From contig OZ244955.1 in the NCBI GenBank assembly GCA_965222525.1, positions 1,345,893 to 1,409,892 of the forward strand: a stretch of DNA of 64,000 nucleotides, given 5' to 3'. The DNA comes from Rickettsiales bacterium (GTDB taxonomy: Bacteria > Pseudomonadota > Alphaproteobacteria > Rickettsiales > UBA8987). The position numbers and the translations under genes were made by a program. Position 1 is the stretch's first letter. Every line of letters starts with the position of its first letter. This document shows positions 18,140 through 28,310 of this stretch, one piece after another. Under the pieces are notes generated by a model. The model saw only the letters and a list, made by a program, of their open reading frames with translations, was not told the origin of the DNA and did not search any database.

Positions 18140-18529
18140 ATGGCGTCGGTTGGTACTAAATTATATCGTATGTTTTTTGGCGATTTTGTCGGAAAAGATG
18201 AGTTTGGCAATAAATATTATCGCAGCAGGGGAGAAAAGCATGGTGAAGGGATCGGCCGTCCAGGGACGGAACGTCGCTGGGTAGAATATAAGGGACTGGC
18301 AGAACCATCAAAGGTGCCTCCATACTGGCATGCGTGGCTGCATTATATGAGTGATAAAATCCCCACAGAAGGAGAGGAAAAAGACGCAAACAAGCTTTAT
18401 AACTGGCAAAAGGATTATATTCCCAATTTGACTGGTACGTTGAATTCATATCGCCCCCTTGGCCATGAATTAAACGGAGGCAGTCGTGCAAGTGCAACTG
18501 GTGATTATGAAGCTTGGCAGCCGGAATAG
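18140..18529 (+). CDS. NADH:ubiquinone oxidoreductase subunit NDUFA12-like protein
   Basis: 'GKDEFGNKYYRS', 'RRWVEYKG' and 'PPYWHAWLHYMSD' are typical of the B17.2/NDUFA12 family. The start is at ATG 18140. Confidence 0.8.
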   Translation: MASVGTKLYRMFFGDFVGKDEFGNKYYRSRGEKHGEGIGRPGTERRWVEYKGLAEPSKVPPYWHAWLHYMSDKIPTEGEEKDANKLYNWQKDYIPNLTGTLNSYRPLGHELNGGSRASATGDYEAWQPE

Positions 18530-18557
18530 TTAGCAATTAGTACAAGGAACCAAAACA

Positions 18558-19061
18558 ATGACAGGAAGGAATGTTTTTGAAACTTTGATGGGTGCGGTTG
18601 TGTTAGCTGTGGCATTGTTTTTCGTGGCTATTGCCTATAAATCCGGCCATGTGTCTTCACCAGGCGGGTATAGTCTGAATGCTAAATTTGACCGTGTTGA
18701 CGGTCTGGCTACCGGCAGTGATGTGCGCATCGGAGGGGTAAAGGTTGGTAGCGTTGTTAGCCAGGATATAGACCCGGAAACTTTTCAGGCAATAGTAGAG
18801 ATTTCCATTGATGATAAATATAAACTACCTAAAGATTCCAATGCCAAAATCGTTAGTGATGGTTTACTGGGCGGAAAGTACATGATGATAGAGGCTGGTG
18901 CAGATGACAAGTTTTTGGAAGATAATGGTGAGATAAAATTTACCCAGTCTGCCATAAGCCTTGAAGAGGCACTGATCCGTATGGTAGCCGGTAGTGTTAG
19001 CGATGACGAAGAAAATTCTGCTTCTGCCAGTTCTGATGACAGTGAGGATGATATTTTTTAA
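18558..19061 (+). CDS. mlaD: MlaD / MCE-domain lipid-asymmetry protein
   Basis: N-terminal TM segment followed by an MCE domain, 'FDRVDGLATGSDVRIGGVKVGSV'. Acidic C-terminal tail. Confidence 0.8.
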   Translation: MTGRNVFETLMGAVVLAVALFFVAIAYKSGHVSSPGGYSLNAKFDRVDGLATGSDVRIGGVKVGSVVSQDIDPETFQAIVEISIDDKYKLPKDSNAKIVSDGLLGGKYMMIEAGADDKFLEDNGEIKFTQSAISLEEALIRMVAGSVSDDEENSASASSDDSEDDIF

Positions 19062-19079
19062 GAGCGCTATGAATTACTC

Positions 19080-19334
19080 ATGACCATATTACATGATTAT
19101 TACATCCTGCATATTATAGGTTTATTTCCGATACTATCATTCCTGTCGCATTTCAAATCGCGCAGTGACTTAGCAGGTTTGGTTGGAAGTGGCTGGATAT
19201 TTTACTATATGATTGCTGTTCCATATGTTATCCTAAACCTGTTTACACCTTATGTAGCGGCCAATATGAGTCAGTTTACGTCAAGTATTCTGCATATAAT
19301 ATTGTGTTTCCTGGTGTTTTTGAAGAATGATTAA
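19080..19334 (+). CDS. Hypothetical small membrane protein
   Basis: 84 aa, two or three hydrophobic segments, AT-rich. Its stop overlaps the next ATG (TAATG), which suggests translational coupling. Confidence 0.5.
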   Translation: MTILHDYYILHIIGLFPILSFLSHFKSRSDLAGLVGSGWIFYYMIAVPYVILNLFTPYVAANMSQFTSSILHIILCFLVFLKND

Positions 19335-19693
19335 TGACTTATGACAATAACAACATATTTGCTAAAATCCTGCGTGGGGAGGTTCCTTGCGAGAAAGTGT
19401 ATGAGGATGAGGAAGTGCTGGCATTCCATGATGCGTTCCCCAAGGCTCCGGTGCATGTGCTGGTTATTCCCAAGGGGGAGTATATATCCTTCGATGATTT
19501 TACCGAGAAGGCAGGAATAGAAGCAGTTGGTAATTTTTTCAAACGGGTCGGGGAGATTGCACGGGATGTTGGTGTTGCTGAAGAAGGTTTTCGGCTGATT
19601 GCCAATACCAATGTTAATGGTGGACAGGAAGTCCCGCATTTCCATGTACATATCCTAGGTGGTAAGAAGCTTGGCACAATGCTTGCGGGGTAA
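19334..19693 (+). CDS. HIT-family (histidine triad) nucleotide hydrolase
   Basis: 'VPHFHVHILGG' histidine-triad motif; 119 aa. Confidence 0.9.
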   Translation: MTYDNNNIFAKILRGEVPCEKVYEDEEVLAFHDAFPKAPVHVLVIPKGEYISFDDFTEKAGIEAVGNFFKRVGEIARDVGVAEEGFRLIANTNVNGGQEVPHFHVHILGGKKLGTMLAG

Positions 19694-19694
19694 T

Positions 19695-20855
19695 ATGGCT
19701 ATGCAAAATGTTGAATATATCCCCGTACCTCCAGTAGAATCATCAGAAAACCTGGCAATTACACAGTTAAAACTGACCGACTTCCGCAATCATCAATATT
19801 TTGAACTGGATTTATCGCAGGAAGCAGGGAAATCGGTTATAATCACTGGCGAAAATGGCGTAGGTAAAACCAATATATTAGAGGCGATATCTTTGCTGGT
19901 GCCGGGTAAGGGATTACGTGGGGCGAAAATAGCCGAATTGGACAGGATAACTACGCAACAGCCGACATCATGGACAATCTTTGCCGAAATCTCTACATCG
20001 CAAGGGAGGGCTACCATAGGTACTGGCCGCGATCCTGCCAAATCTACTGATAAGCGTATTGTTAAAATAAACGGGGAAACAGTACGCGGGCATTCCGAGC
20101 TGGCTGATTATTTTGCCGTATGTTATCTGACCCCGCAGATGGACCAGACATTCGCCGATGGCACAGCTTCCCGCCGTGCTTATCTGGATAGGATTACCGG
20201 CGCTTTTTACCCTGAACATACCAAGCATCTGGCTATTTATGAGCATGCAAAATCCGAACGCAAGAAATTACTGATAATGCCGAATACGGATTATAGCTGG
20301 ATTGCAGTGTTGGAACGGCGTATGGCAGAGCAGGCGGTAGCGATTGCAGCAGCAAGGCGGGAAACTATAGACCATCTCAATTCTACATTCATCGACCGTA
20401 GCTCACCATTCCCCAAAGCAATTTTATCGGCAAAGGGCGTAGTTGAGGGTATGCTGGTAGATATGTCGGCATTACAGGCAGAGGAGGCATGCCAGGAAAA
20501 ACTTGTAGAATCACGTCCACTTGATCGTGAAACCCGTCGCACCAATATCGGTACCCACCGTAGTGATTTTATAGTGTATCACAGCGAGAAGAATATGCCG
20601 GCGGAGTTATGTTCAACCGGCGAACAGAAGGCATTGTTGCTGGCGATAACCATTGCCAGCGCTTATGCCCGCCGTGAATGGACGGGTGCAGTTCCTGTAT
20701 TACTGCTTGATGAGGTGGTGGCACACCTTGACGAGGAAAAACGCAGAGATTTATATAACGAGCTTACCGAACTCTCTGCCCAGTCATGGCTAACCGGCAC
20801 CGACCCGTATCTATTCAGGGACTTCGGCGAGATGGGATATTTCTTGGTACTGTAG
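19695..20855 (+). CDS. recF: DNA replication and repair protein RecF
   Basis: 'LTDFRNH', Walker A 'TGENGVGKTNILEAI', and 'LLLDEVVAHLD'. The start is at ATG 19695. Confidence 0.9.
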   Translation: MAMQNVEYIPVPPVESSENLAITQLKLTDFRNHQYFELDLSQEAGKSVIITGENGVGKTNILEAISLLVPGKGLRGAKIAELDRITTQQPTSWTIFAEISTSQGRATIGTGRDPAKSTDKRIVKINGETVRGHSELADYFAVCYLTPQMDQTFADGTASRRAYLDRITGAFYPEHTKHLAIYEHAKSERKKLLIMPNTDYSWIAVLERRMAEQAVAIAAARRETIDHLNSTFIDRSSPFPKAILSAKGVVEGMLVDMSALQAEEACQEKLVESRPLDRETRRTNIGTHRSDFIVYHSEKNMPAELCSTGEQKALLLAITIASAYARREWTGAVPVLLLDEVVAHLDEEKRRDLYNELTELSAQSWLTGTDPYLFRDFGEMGYFLVL

Positions 20856-20865
20856 GTATGAATTT

Positions 20866-21501
20866 ATGAATCAGGCCGCATTCAGGTTTAGGGAAACCAC
20901 CGACTATTTCAGAGAGAATTTTCTGGTTTCAGATTGTAATATGGAGGCTTTCTCATGGGTGGATAAGTGGCCGGACTGGCCATCGCATTGTCTTTTGATA
21001 TATGGGCAGGCAGGATGCGGCAAGACCCACCTGTCACATATATGGCGGGAGAAGGCAGGGGCGGATTTTATTGCTTTATCGGATATCCCGCAGCAATCTG
21101 CCGGAAATTATATAATAGAAGATATAGAAAATCTTTCACCGGATTATGAGGAAAAACTGTTTCATCTTTATAACCAAACAAAAGAGGAGGGAAATTTTCT
21201 CCTGCTAACCGCAAAAAACCCTGCAAACAGGCTTGGGCTAGGGCTTCCTGACCTGATTTCACGGTTAAATTCCGTTCCCAACATAGCGGTGGGTCAGCCG
21301 GATGATAACCTGCTTGCGGCAGTTATAACCAAGCATTTTACCGACCGGCAATTACGGGTTAAACAGGATGTAATTGCCTATCTGATTTCCCGTATTGAGC
21401 GCTCCTTCACTGCAGCAAAGGATATTGTAGATAAAATTGACAAATATGCTATGGAGAACCGTCGGGAGATTACTATTCCTATGGTTCGGGAATTTATGTA
21501 A
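20866..21501 (+). CDS. hdaA: DnaA-related regulatory inactivator (HdaA-like)
   Basis: 211 aa with AAA+ P-loop 'YGQAGCGKTHL'. Size and layout match alphaproteobacterial HdaA. Confidence 0.75.
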   Translation: MNQAAFRFRETTDYFRENFLVSDCNMEAFSWVDKWPDWPSHCLLIYGQAGCGKTHLSHIWREKAGADFIALSDIPQQSAGNYIIEDIENLSPDYEEKLFHLYNQTKEEGNFLLLTAKNPANRLGLGLPDLISRLNSVPNIAVGQPDDNLLAAVITKHFTDRQLRVKQDVIAYLISRIERSFTAAKDIVDKIDKYAMENRREITIPMVREFM

Positions 21502-21541
21502 TGTCATCCCCACTAAACTCTAGACTCTGGCACTAACCGCT

Positions 21542-22204
21542 ATGCTTACTACACTCATAAAACACGACCTCAAGGTTACATTCCGCCGCAAGGGAGCGGT
21601 GGGGGATTTGCTGGTGTTTTTTGTAATTATTATCAGCCTGTTTCCGCTAAGCCTGGGAGCCGAGCCGGAATTCCTGCAAAAAATCGGTAGTGGTATAATA
21701 TGGGTGGCGGCATTGCTGGTATCGACATTATCCCTCACCCGCATACTGGAGGAGGATTTCGAGTCGGGTATACTGGAGCAGTTGATATTACAACCGGCAT
21801 TGCCTCATATAATAATACTGGCAAAAACAGTATCACACTGGATTTCCAGCGGATTGCCCATTGTGATAATCTCTCCGTTCCTGGGTATGATGTTCGGTGC
21901 AGAATCATCAGCCCTGACTATTTCCCTGCTGCTCGGTACACCGATACTAAGCCTTATCGGCACTACAGGCGCTGCTCTCACACTCGGGATAAAACGCGGC
22001 GGGATACTGTCCTCGCTACTGGTAATGCCGTTATATGTCCCGACACTTATATTCGGCACGGGGATGGTAAGCGCTGCTGCATTCGGACTTACCTCCACGC
22101 AATTCCTTTCCAACGCTGCCGGACTTGCGTTTACATTCCTTCTACTCGCCCCACTGACAATATGGGCTTCTGCGCAATCATTAAAAATTGCACTGGAGCA
22201 GTAG
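21542..22204 (+). CDS. ccmB: Heme exporter protein B (cytochrome c maturation)
   Basis: 220 aa with six hydrophobic segments and a CcmB-like N-terminus 'LIKHDLKVTFRRKG'. Confidence 0.8.
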   Translation: MLTTLIKHDLKVTFRRKGAVGDLLVFFVIIISLFPLSLGAEPEFLQKIGSGIIWVAALLVSTLSLTRILEEDFESGILEQLILQPALPHIIILAKTVSHWISSGLPIVIISPFLGMMFGAESSALTISLLLGTPILSLIGTTGAALTLGIKRGGILSSLLVMPLYVPTLIFGTGMVSAAAFGLTSTQFLSNAAGLAFTFLLLAPLTIWASAQSLKIALEQ

Positions 22205-22226
22205 ATGCGGTATAAGTACATCTGGT

Positions 22227-23207
22227 ATGGTAAAAGCAGGTGTAATAGGTGCGGGGGCGTGGGGAACAGCAGTTGCAGTTGCGGCGCAGAATGCCGGTTC
22301 GGATGTCACCATATGGGCGCGAGAACGTGAAGTAGTTGAATCCATAAACCGGCATCATGAGAATACTGTATTTCTGCCAGGAGTATCTTTATCAGCGGAA
22401 ATAAAAGCTAGTAATGATTTACTCGCAATGCTGGATAGCAACCTGCTGTTTCTGGTACCGCCTGCGCAATATATGCGTGCAACTTGTGAGAATCTGCGTG
22501 ATGTAGGAATTTTGCCCAACATAAAGCTGGTGATATGCAGCAAGGGGGTAGAAAAACAAAGCCTGCTGCTTATGAGTGAGGTAGCGGGCGAAATATTACC
22601 GGATAATCCGGTTGCAATTATGACCGGCCCCAGCTTTGCCGCAGAAACCGCACGTGGCCTACCAACTTTTGTTACTATCGCCTGCGGTGATGAGGCCTTG
22701 TGGGAGAATATACGCAAGGCAGTTATCAGCCAGCATTTCCGCCCACGCTATTCGGATGATATTATCGGTGCGCAAATTGCCGGTTCGGTCAAGAATGTTA
22801 TAGCCATTGCCTGCGGGCTGGTAGATGGTAAACAGCTTGGCGAGAACACCAAGGCAGCACTTATCGTCGGCGGATTGCGTGAATTACAGGAATTAACCGA
22901 AGCAAAGGGCGGCAAGGCTGAAACCACAATGCGGCTATGCGGTATCGGCGATTTGATACTAACTTGCAGCAGCAAACAATCCCGAAATTTCTCGCTTGGA
23001 TATGCACTTGGACAAGGCAAGCCGTTTAGCGAAATAATGTCAGGCAGGAAGAGCGTTGCAGAAGGGGTGGCCTCTTCGGAATCAGTCACTGCCCTTGCCA
23101 CAAAACTCGGCATCAAAATGCCTATATGCCAGGCGGTTTATACAATTCTACACAAGGATAATGTTAACCTTGATGGTGTTATAGAAAATCTAATTGGAAG
23201 TTACTAA
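22227..23207 (+). CDS. gpsA: NAD(P)H-dependent glycerol-3-phosphate dehydrogenase
   Basis: 'GVIGAGAWGTA', 'GPSFA.E' and 'KNVIAIA.G' motifs. The start is at ATG 22227. Confidence 0.9.
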   Translation: MVKAGVIGAGAWGTAVAVAAQNAGSDVTIWAREREVVESINRHHENTVFLPGVSLSAEIKASNDLLAMLDSNLLFLVPPAQYMRATCENLRDVGILPNIKLVICSKGVEKQSLLLMSEVAGEILPDNPVAIMTGPSFAAETARGLPTFVTIACGDEALWENIRKAVISQHFRPRYSDDIIGAQIAGSVKNVIAIACGLVDGKQLGENTKAALIVGGLRELQELTEAKGGKAETTMRLCGIGDLILTCSSKQSRNFSLGYALGQGKPFSEIMSGRKSVAEGVASSESVTALATKLGIKMPICQAVYTILHKDNVNLDGVIENLIGSY

Positions 23208-23211
23208 AAAA

Positions 23212-23808
23212 ATGGACCACAATGAAATAATAAGGGAATTCGAGGAGGCGGGGGCTATATTGAAGGGGCACTTTGTCCTGTCTTCCGGCCTGCATAGTGA
23301 TACTTACCTGCAATGTGCACTGGCGCTGATGGATACGGTGCGAGCGGAGAAATTATGCTCTGCGCTGGCAGAAAAAATCCGTGGGCAATTGGAAGGAAAA
23401 TCATTTGACATAGTGATATCACCTGCTATGGGGGGGGTGGTCGTCGGATATGAGACTGGACGTCAGCTTGCTCTTCCTGCTATATTTTGCGAGCGACAGG
23501 ATGGTCGTTTTACTTTTCGCCGTGGCTTTCATATAGAAAAAGGTGCAAAAGTGTTGGTAGTTGAAGATGTGGTTACAACTGGTAAATCCTCCCGCGAGGC
23601 AATGGCAGCCATAACCGAAGCCGGCGGGGAGATTATTGCTGAGGCCTGTCTAGTGAATCGTAGCGGTACAGTTAAACCATTCGATGATATAAATATCCCG
23701 CTTATATCCCTGCTTGAAATGGAAGTGCAAACCTGGCCAGCCGACAACCTCCCCCCAGAACTCGCCGCCATCCCCACCACCAAACCTGGCAGCCGCTGGT
23801 TAAAATAA
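23212..23808 (+). CDS. pyrE: Orotate phosphoribosyltransferase
   Basis: 'GHFVLSSGLHSDTYLQC' and PRPP-binding 'VLVVEDVVTTGKS'. The start is at ATG 23212. Confidence 0.88.
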   Translation: MDHNEIIREFEEAGAILKGHFVLSSGLHSDTYLQCALALMDTVRAEKLCSALAEKIRGQLEGKSFDIVISPAMGGVVVGYETGRQLALPAIFCERQDGRFTFRRGFHIEKGAKVLVVEDVVTTGKSSREAMAAITEAGGEIIAEACLVNRSGTVKPFDDINIPLISLLEMEVQTWPADNLPPELAAIPTTKPGSRWLK

Positions 23809-23814
23809 CCGTAT

Positions 23815-24405
23815 TTATTTATAGTGAGATATACTCTCCACATATCTTGCTAGTATATCCACTTCGAGATTAACCTTAGAACCATACTCGTATGTATTAA
23901 ATATAGTGTTATCAATGGTATGGGGAATGATATTAATGTAAAATATGCTACCTTCCACCTTGTTTACTGTTAGAGAAACCCCATCAATTGTTACAGAACC
24001 TTTTGCCGCTATAAATTTTGTCAGGCTATCCTGCACAGCCACCGTAACCTCAAGATTATCTCCAACCTGCTGTATGCCCTCAATCTCTGCTATCCCATCT
24101 ACATGGCCCGTTACAATATGTCCGCCCAGCTCGTCACCAACCTTCAGTGCACGTTCCAGATTGACCCTTGTACCTTTCTGCCAGTTACTGAGCGTAGTAC
24201 AGGAAAGTGTTTCATCCGATACTTCAACAGTAAATTTTCCATCGTCCTTTTCAACAACAGTTAGGCATGCTCCTGAACAGGCGATAGATGCGCCGAGAGC
24301 AATCGATTTACTATCATACGAACAGGAGATAGCGAGTTTTCTACCATTTTCTTTTTCGGAAATGGATGTTATAATTCCGATGTCGGTTATTATTCCAGTA
24401 AACAT
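23815..24405 (-). CDS. ribE: Riboflavin synthase (alpha chain)
   Basis: 'MFTGIITDIG', the duplicated lumazine-binding repeat, and 'GHIVTGHVDG'. Confidence 0.92.
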   Translation of the reverse strand: MFTGIITDIGIITSISEKENGRKLAISCSYDSKSIALGASIACSGACLTVVEKDDGKFTVEVSDETLSCTTLSNWQKGTRVNLERALKVGDELGGHIVTGHVDGIAEIEGIQQVGDNLEVTVAVQDSLTKFIAAKGSVTIDGVSLTVNKVEGSIFYINIIPHTIDNTIFNTYEYGSKVNLEVDILARYVESISHYK

Positions 24406-24433
24406 AAGCTCGTTAATACACTAAAGGTAAGAT

Positions 24434-24679
24434 ATGTCAAAATTTGAGATATGTCCGCCGGAGAAGCCATATTATCTTATGGAAGCTGATAAGGGCGAGG
24501 AATACTGGTGGTGTTCATGCGGATTAAGCGAAAACCAGCCATTCTGTGACGGATCACATGAAGGGACCGGCAAATCTCCTGTGCAATATAAAGCACCGAC
24601 AAACAAGGGTGTATTCTTCTGTGGATGTAAGAAAACCTGCAATCCTCCTCATTGCGATGGATCTCATAAAGAGGCATAG
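24434..24679 (+). CDS. CDGSH iron-sulfur domain protein (two CDGSH motifs)
   Basis: '[16 protein letters not shown]' and '[16 protein letters not shown]'. Confidence 0.88.
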   Translation: MSKFEICPPEKPYYLMEADKGEEYWWCSCGLSENQPFCDGSHEGTGKSPVQYKAPTNKGVFFCGCKKTCNPPHCDGSHKEA

Positions 24680-24726
24680 AAAAATTAGACTGCGTTTTTA
24701 TTTGGAAAAACATGATATTCTACTGT

Positions 24727-25557
24727 CTACCAGTTTTCTACCGGCTTACGGCGGGCTGTGGTGGCTTGTGAGGATATAGCGGGTTGTTGATGTGATATTT
24801 CAGGCAGGGTAGGGGGTAGGTCGGCCGGTGGATTGGCTTCCACGGTTATTGTCGGTGCTGTGTATGTTATCGCAGTAGCATTGCCCGCAGGTCTTCCTAC
24901 TGCAAATTGATTGTTATTGCCGGCTGTACCGGTTTCAAACATAACCGGTGCGAAATTTCCCTGCTGAGGGTTACGCACAGCCCTTTGGTCAGCCTGATAT
25001 TCCGGCTCTATGCTAATTGGTGCGACTGGCGTTTGTGGTATCACAACCCGTTCGGCGCTACGCATTTCAATCGGAGCAACCGGTGCAAATCCGTTTCTAT
25101 TCTGCATAACCGCAGCCAGCCTGTCATTGCCGTTGCCTTGCGTACCAAAATCATCCCTGGCGAATTGCGGCTGCTGACTGGCATTTAACCTGCTGTTATC
25201 AAACCCGACCTGCTGTTCCACTATCAGTTTGGAAGTAACATCCCGTACATTTTTGGTATCACGGGCAATTTTGATTGCCTTTTGCGCCACACGATTATTC
25301 GGCACCTTACCGTTCAAAGTTACTACGTAATTATATGTATCAACATTGATAGCCCACGCATCTATCTCGGAATCCCATATAAGGGCGTTCTTGATTTTAC
25401 TGGTAATTGTGCTGTCGGTGACAATGGTATCGACCGCCCTGCCGTCCTTTTCGTAAAGATAGCCTCCTCCTGCTCCGAGCAATACACCAAGCGAACAGCC
25501 GCCGGAAAGCCCTGCAAATAAGATAATCATTGCCGTTATGGTCAAATTACGTATCAT
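24727..25557 (-). CDS. BON-domain lipoprotein with a long Gln/Pro/Asn-rich C-terminal region
   Basis: Lipobox 'LSGGC', then a BON-like segment '..VVTLNGKVPNNRVAQKAIKIARDTKNVRDVTSKL'. Confidence 0.7.
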   Translation of the reverse strand: MIRNLTITAMIILFAGLSGGCSLGVLLGAGGGYLYEKDGRAVDTIVTDSTITSKIKNALIWDSEIDAWAINVDTYNYVVTLNGKVPNNRVAQKAIKIARDTKNVRDVTSKLIVEQQVGFDNSRLNASQQPQFARDDFGTQGNGNDRLAAVMQNRNGFAPVAPIEMRSAERVVIPQTPVAPISIEPEYQADQRAVRNPQQGNFAPVMFETGTAGNNNQFAVGRPAGNATAITYTAPTITVEANPPADLPPTLPEISHQQPAISSQATTARRKPVENW

Positions 25558-25618
25558 GCGGGGGATTTTACTCTAAAAATGAGTATAATGCAAAGTTTTA
25601 AGAATTTTTTTACGAACA

Positions 25619-26752
25619 ATGGCCATAGATCCGGTAAAACTCTCGCAAAAGCTTGTACAACAGGCCAGTATCTCCGGCCAGCCTGACCCGGGTGCGCTGG
25701 ATATATTGCAGGAAGCGCTTGAAAATATCGGTTTCACATGTACCCGTCTGCCTTTTGCCGAAGAAGGTACTTATGATGTGGATAATTTATATGCAAGGCG
25801 AGGGGAAAGCGGGAAAAACCTTTGTTTTGCAGGACATACCGATGTTGTGCCGGTTGGCGATGCGGATGGCTGGGATGTCGACCCATTTGCAGCGGAAATC
25901 CGTGATGGAGTGCTGATAGGGCGTGGTGCGGTTGATATGAAGCCGGCGATTGCGGCATGGGTTGCTGCGGCTGCGGATGTTGAGGTTGACGGGTCGATTA
26001 GCCTGCTGATTACCGGCGATGAGGAAGCGGATGCGATTAACGGTACCCGCAAGATGCTGGGCTGGCTTGAGGAAAATGGCGAGCAGGTCGATGCCTGTAT
26101 AGTCGGAGAGCCTACCAATCCGGAGAAACTGGGGGAGATGGTGAAAATCGGCCGCCGCGGGAGTATCACTTTTGATCTGACCGTAAACGGCAAGCAGGGG
26201 CATGTAGCCTATCCGGCGATTGCCGATAATCCTGTGCCCAGGCTGGTGAATATATTGCATATGCTGGTGAATACCAGCCTTGATGACGGTTCGGAATATT
26301 TCCAGCCTTCAAATCTGGAGGTTACGACAATTGATATAGGCAATCCGGCGAGTAATGTAATTCCTGCGAAAGTCTTTACCAGATTCAACATCCGCTATAA
26401 TGACCATCATAATTCGGCAAAGCTGATTAAATTTGTAGAGAATATTTGTCAGCAAAATGCGAGAGGTTATGAACTGAAACACAGGCTAACCGGTGAGTCT
26501 TTCCTGACCGAGCCTGGCAATTTAAGCGATATTGTAGTCAGTGCGGTGGAGGAAGTTAGCGGAATTGCTCCTGCGCTAAGCACAACCGGCGGAACTTCCG
26601 ATGCACGTTTTATCAAGGATATCTGTCCCGTGGTCGAATTCGGCCTGATCAACAAAACCGCCCATAAGGTGAATGAGCGGGTAGCGGTTGCTGATATTCT
26701 TGTCCTCACGGAAATCTATAAACAGGTTATCCTGAAATTTTTTGAAGCATAG
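25619..26752 (+). CDS. dapE: Succinyl-diaminopimelate desuccinylase
   Basis: M20 peptidase motifs 'FAGHTDVVPVGD' and 'GRGAVDMK', plus 'TGDEE'; 377 aa. Confidence 0.9.
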   Translation: MAIDPVKLSQKLVQQASISGQPDPGALDILQEALENIGFTCTRLPFAEEGTYDVDNLYARRGESGKNLCFAGHTDVVPVGDADGWDVDPFAAEIRDGVLIGRGAVDMKPAIAAWVAAAADVEVDGSISLLITGDEEADAINGTRKMLGWLEENGEQVDACIVGEPTNPEKLGEMVKIGRRGSITFDLTVNGKQGHVAYPAIADNPVPRLVNILHMLVNTSLDDGSEYFQPSNLEVTTIDIGNPASNVIPAKVFTRFNIRYNDHHNSAKLIKFVENICQQNARGYELKHRLTGESFLTEPGNLSDIVVSAVEEVSGIAPALSTTGGTSDARFIKDICPVVEFGLINKTAHKVNERVAVADILVLTEIYKQVILKFFEA

Positions 26753-26774
26753 TGCAAGTACCCACCTTATAAGG

Positions 26775-27464
26775 CTATTCAGCCAAATCAGGCCGTCTCT
26801 TTCTGGTGAGGGATTTGGCCTGTTCTAGCCTCCACTTGGCTATTTCGGCATGATTGCCGGAGAGCAGGATATCCGGTACTTTACGGCCTCGCCATTCGGC
26901 AGGTTTGGTGTAATGCGGATATTCCAGCAAATCGGCATATTCACCTGAGCCGAAACTTTCCTCACTATGGGTGTCGTCATTCCCCAGCACACCGGGAATC
27001 CGGCGCACACAGGCATCTACCAGCACCATTGCCGCAATCTCACCGCCGGAGAGAACATAATCACCGATACTTATTTCCTCGATATTATACTCATCCAGAA
27101 CCCGCTGGTCGACTCCCTCATAGCGCCCGCACAGAATCAGCAGATGCTCCTCCTGCGCCAGGTTATTTACTTTCGGCTGGGTGAGCGGCTTCCCGCGGGG
27201 GGACATATATATTATTTTCGGGTTTTGTGACCGGTTACAGGTATTTTCAATCGCTGCGGAGATAACATCGGCGCGCATCACCATCCCCGCACCGCCGCCA
27301 TAAGGAGTATCATCAACACTCTTATGCTTGTCCTGCGCAAAGTCACGGATATTCACCACATCCAGCGCCCACTGTCCGACCTCCAGCGCCTTCCCGGCAA
27401 TAGAACAGCCCAGCACCCCCGGAAACATCTCTGGAAATAATGTGAGTATGGTTATTTTGAGCAT
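26775..27464 (-). CDS. trmD: tRNA (guanine37-N1)-methyltransferase
   Basis: 'ILTLFPEMF', 'DDTPYGGGAGMVM', 'CGRYEGVDQRV' and 'SIGDYVLSGGE'. Confidence 0.95.
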   Translation of the reverse strand: MLKITILTLFPEMFPGVLGCSIAGKALEVGQWALDVVNIRDFAQDKHKSVDDTPYGGGAGMVMRADVISAAIENTCNRSQNPKIIYMSPRGKPLTQPKVNNLAQEEHLLILCGRYEGVDQRVLDEYNIEEISIGDYVLSGGEIAAMVLVDACVRRIPGVLGNDDTHSEESFGSGEYADLLEYPHYTKPAEWRGRKVPDILLSGNHAEIAKWRLEQAKSLTRKRRPDLAE

Positions 27465-27485
27465 AGAGTTCGGAATCCGGAGTTC
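27465..27485. repeat. Left inverted repeat (heptamer-periodic, family H-like) bounding the 27.5-28.3 kb cassette
   Basis: AGAGTTCGGAATCCGGAGTTC matches the reverse complement of 28311-28331 (AGAGTTCGGAGTCCGGAATTC) at 19 of 21 positions. Confidence 0.7.
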
Positions 27486-27490
27486 AGTTA

Positions 27491-27994
27491 CTAACGCTTT
27501 CTGCCTATTTCTACCGCTTTATCAGCTAGGTCTTTCGGGGTTATCATACCTATTGATACAGTAACTTTACGATTGGTAACGCCGCTTGGATCACTATCAC
27601 CAAGATCAGAAAAGCGATCTCGTCCTTGTGAATATTTCACATCTATATCAGGATCTATATTTTCATTGTTAAAAGAAGACCTGATGCCGTTCACTATGGC
27701 ATCGATAGCTAATCCTATTTTTTTATCATCATGCTTTAGGTCTTTAAAGCCTCCTGCATTCTTGAGTACCACTGAAATGTCCGTTCCTACTGAAGTTCTT
27801 TTTACTTCAGATTCTTTATTCGTCACTCTTATATCGTCTGTAGAGACTCCCATAAAACCGGTACGCACACCTCCATTTTTTAGCAGCTCCAGCACAAAGT
27901 CTTTCGCCCTGTCATTTATTAGCTTTTCTTCATAACGTCTATCAGCGTCTTTTTTGTCATTTTCAATTTGCTTCTTGTATTCGTCAAATTTCAT
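27491..27994 (-). CDS. Hypothetical protein (orphan, charged, no signal peptide)
   Basis: 167 aa from ATG 27994, with GGGAGA 8 nt upstream. AT-rich. No family recognised. Confidence 0.6.
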   Translation of the reverse strand: MKFDEYKKQIENDKKDADRRYEEKLINDRAKDFVLELLKNGGVRTGFMGVSTDDIRVTNKESEVKRTSVGTDISVVLKNAGGFKDLKHDDKKIGLAIDAIVNGIRSSFNNENIDPDIDVKYSQGRDRFSDLGDSDPSGVTNRKVTVSIGMITPKDLADKAVEIGRKR

Positions 27995-28198
27995 TGTTTT
28001 CTCCCTGAACTTAGTTAATAAAATCAACTATATGCACTATATCAGAGAAATGTTAAAGTTTTATGACAATGGAGAAAATTTTTTTACTTTTTTACAATTA
28101 TTTTTCTAATATATTGATTTTGAACAATATATTGCCACAAAAAAATCGTCAATCCTTACGATAAAAATTCCGCTGGACTCCGGATTTAGCAATAATAC

Positions 28199-28302
28199 GT
28201 CATTCTGCTGTCTTGCAAAGCAAGGCGAGCAGAATCCAGCAATTCATATTTCCTGGCTTTTGGGTCCTGCGCTAAATTGCTGCGCAATTTCCGCAGGATG
28301 AC
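28199..28302. repeat. Family C double-hairpin element (GTCAT...ATGAC), copy 4
   Basis: GTCATTCTGCTG..CGAGCAGAATCC ... GGTCCTGCG..CCGCAGGATGAC. It is flanked by GGACTCCGGATTT (28175-28187) and GAATTCCGGACTCC (28311-). Confidence 0.8.
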
Positions 28303-28310
28303 AGCTCAGC

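Noticed and set aside
21528-21545. TGGCAC at 21528, considered as a sigma-54 (-24/-12) promoter upstream of ccmB
   Set aside because: The -12 element is absent: the sequence is TGGCAC-TAACC-GCTAT, whereas the consensus is TGGCAC-N5-TTGC(A/T). There is also no sigma-54-dependent context.
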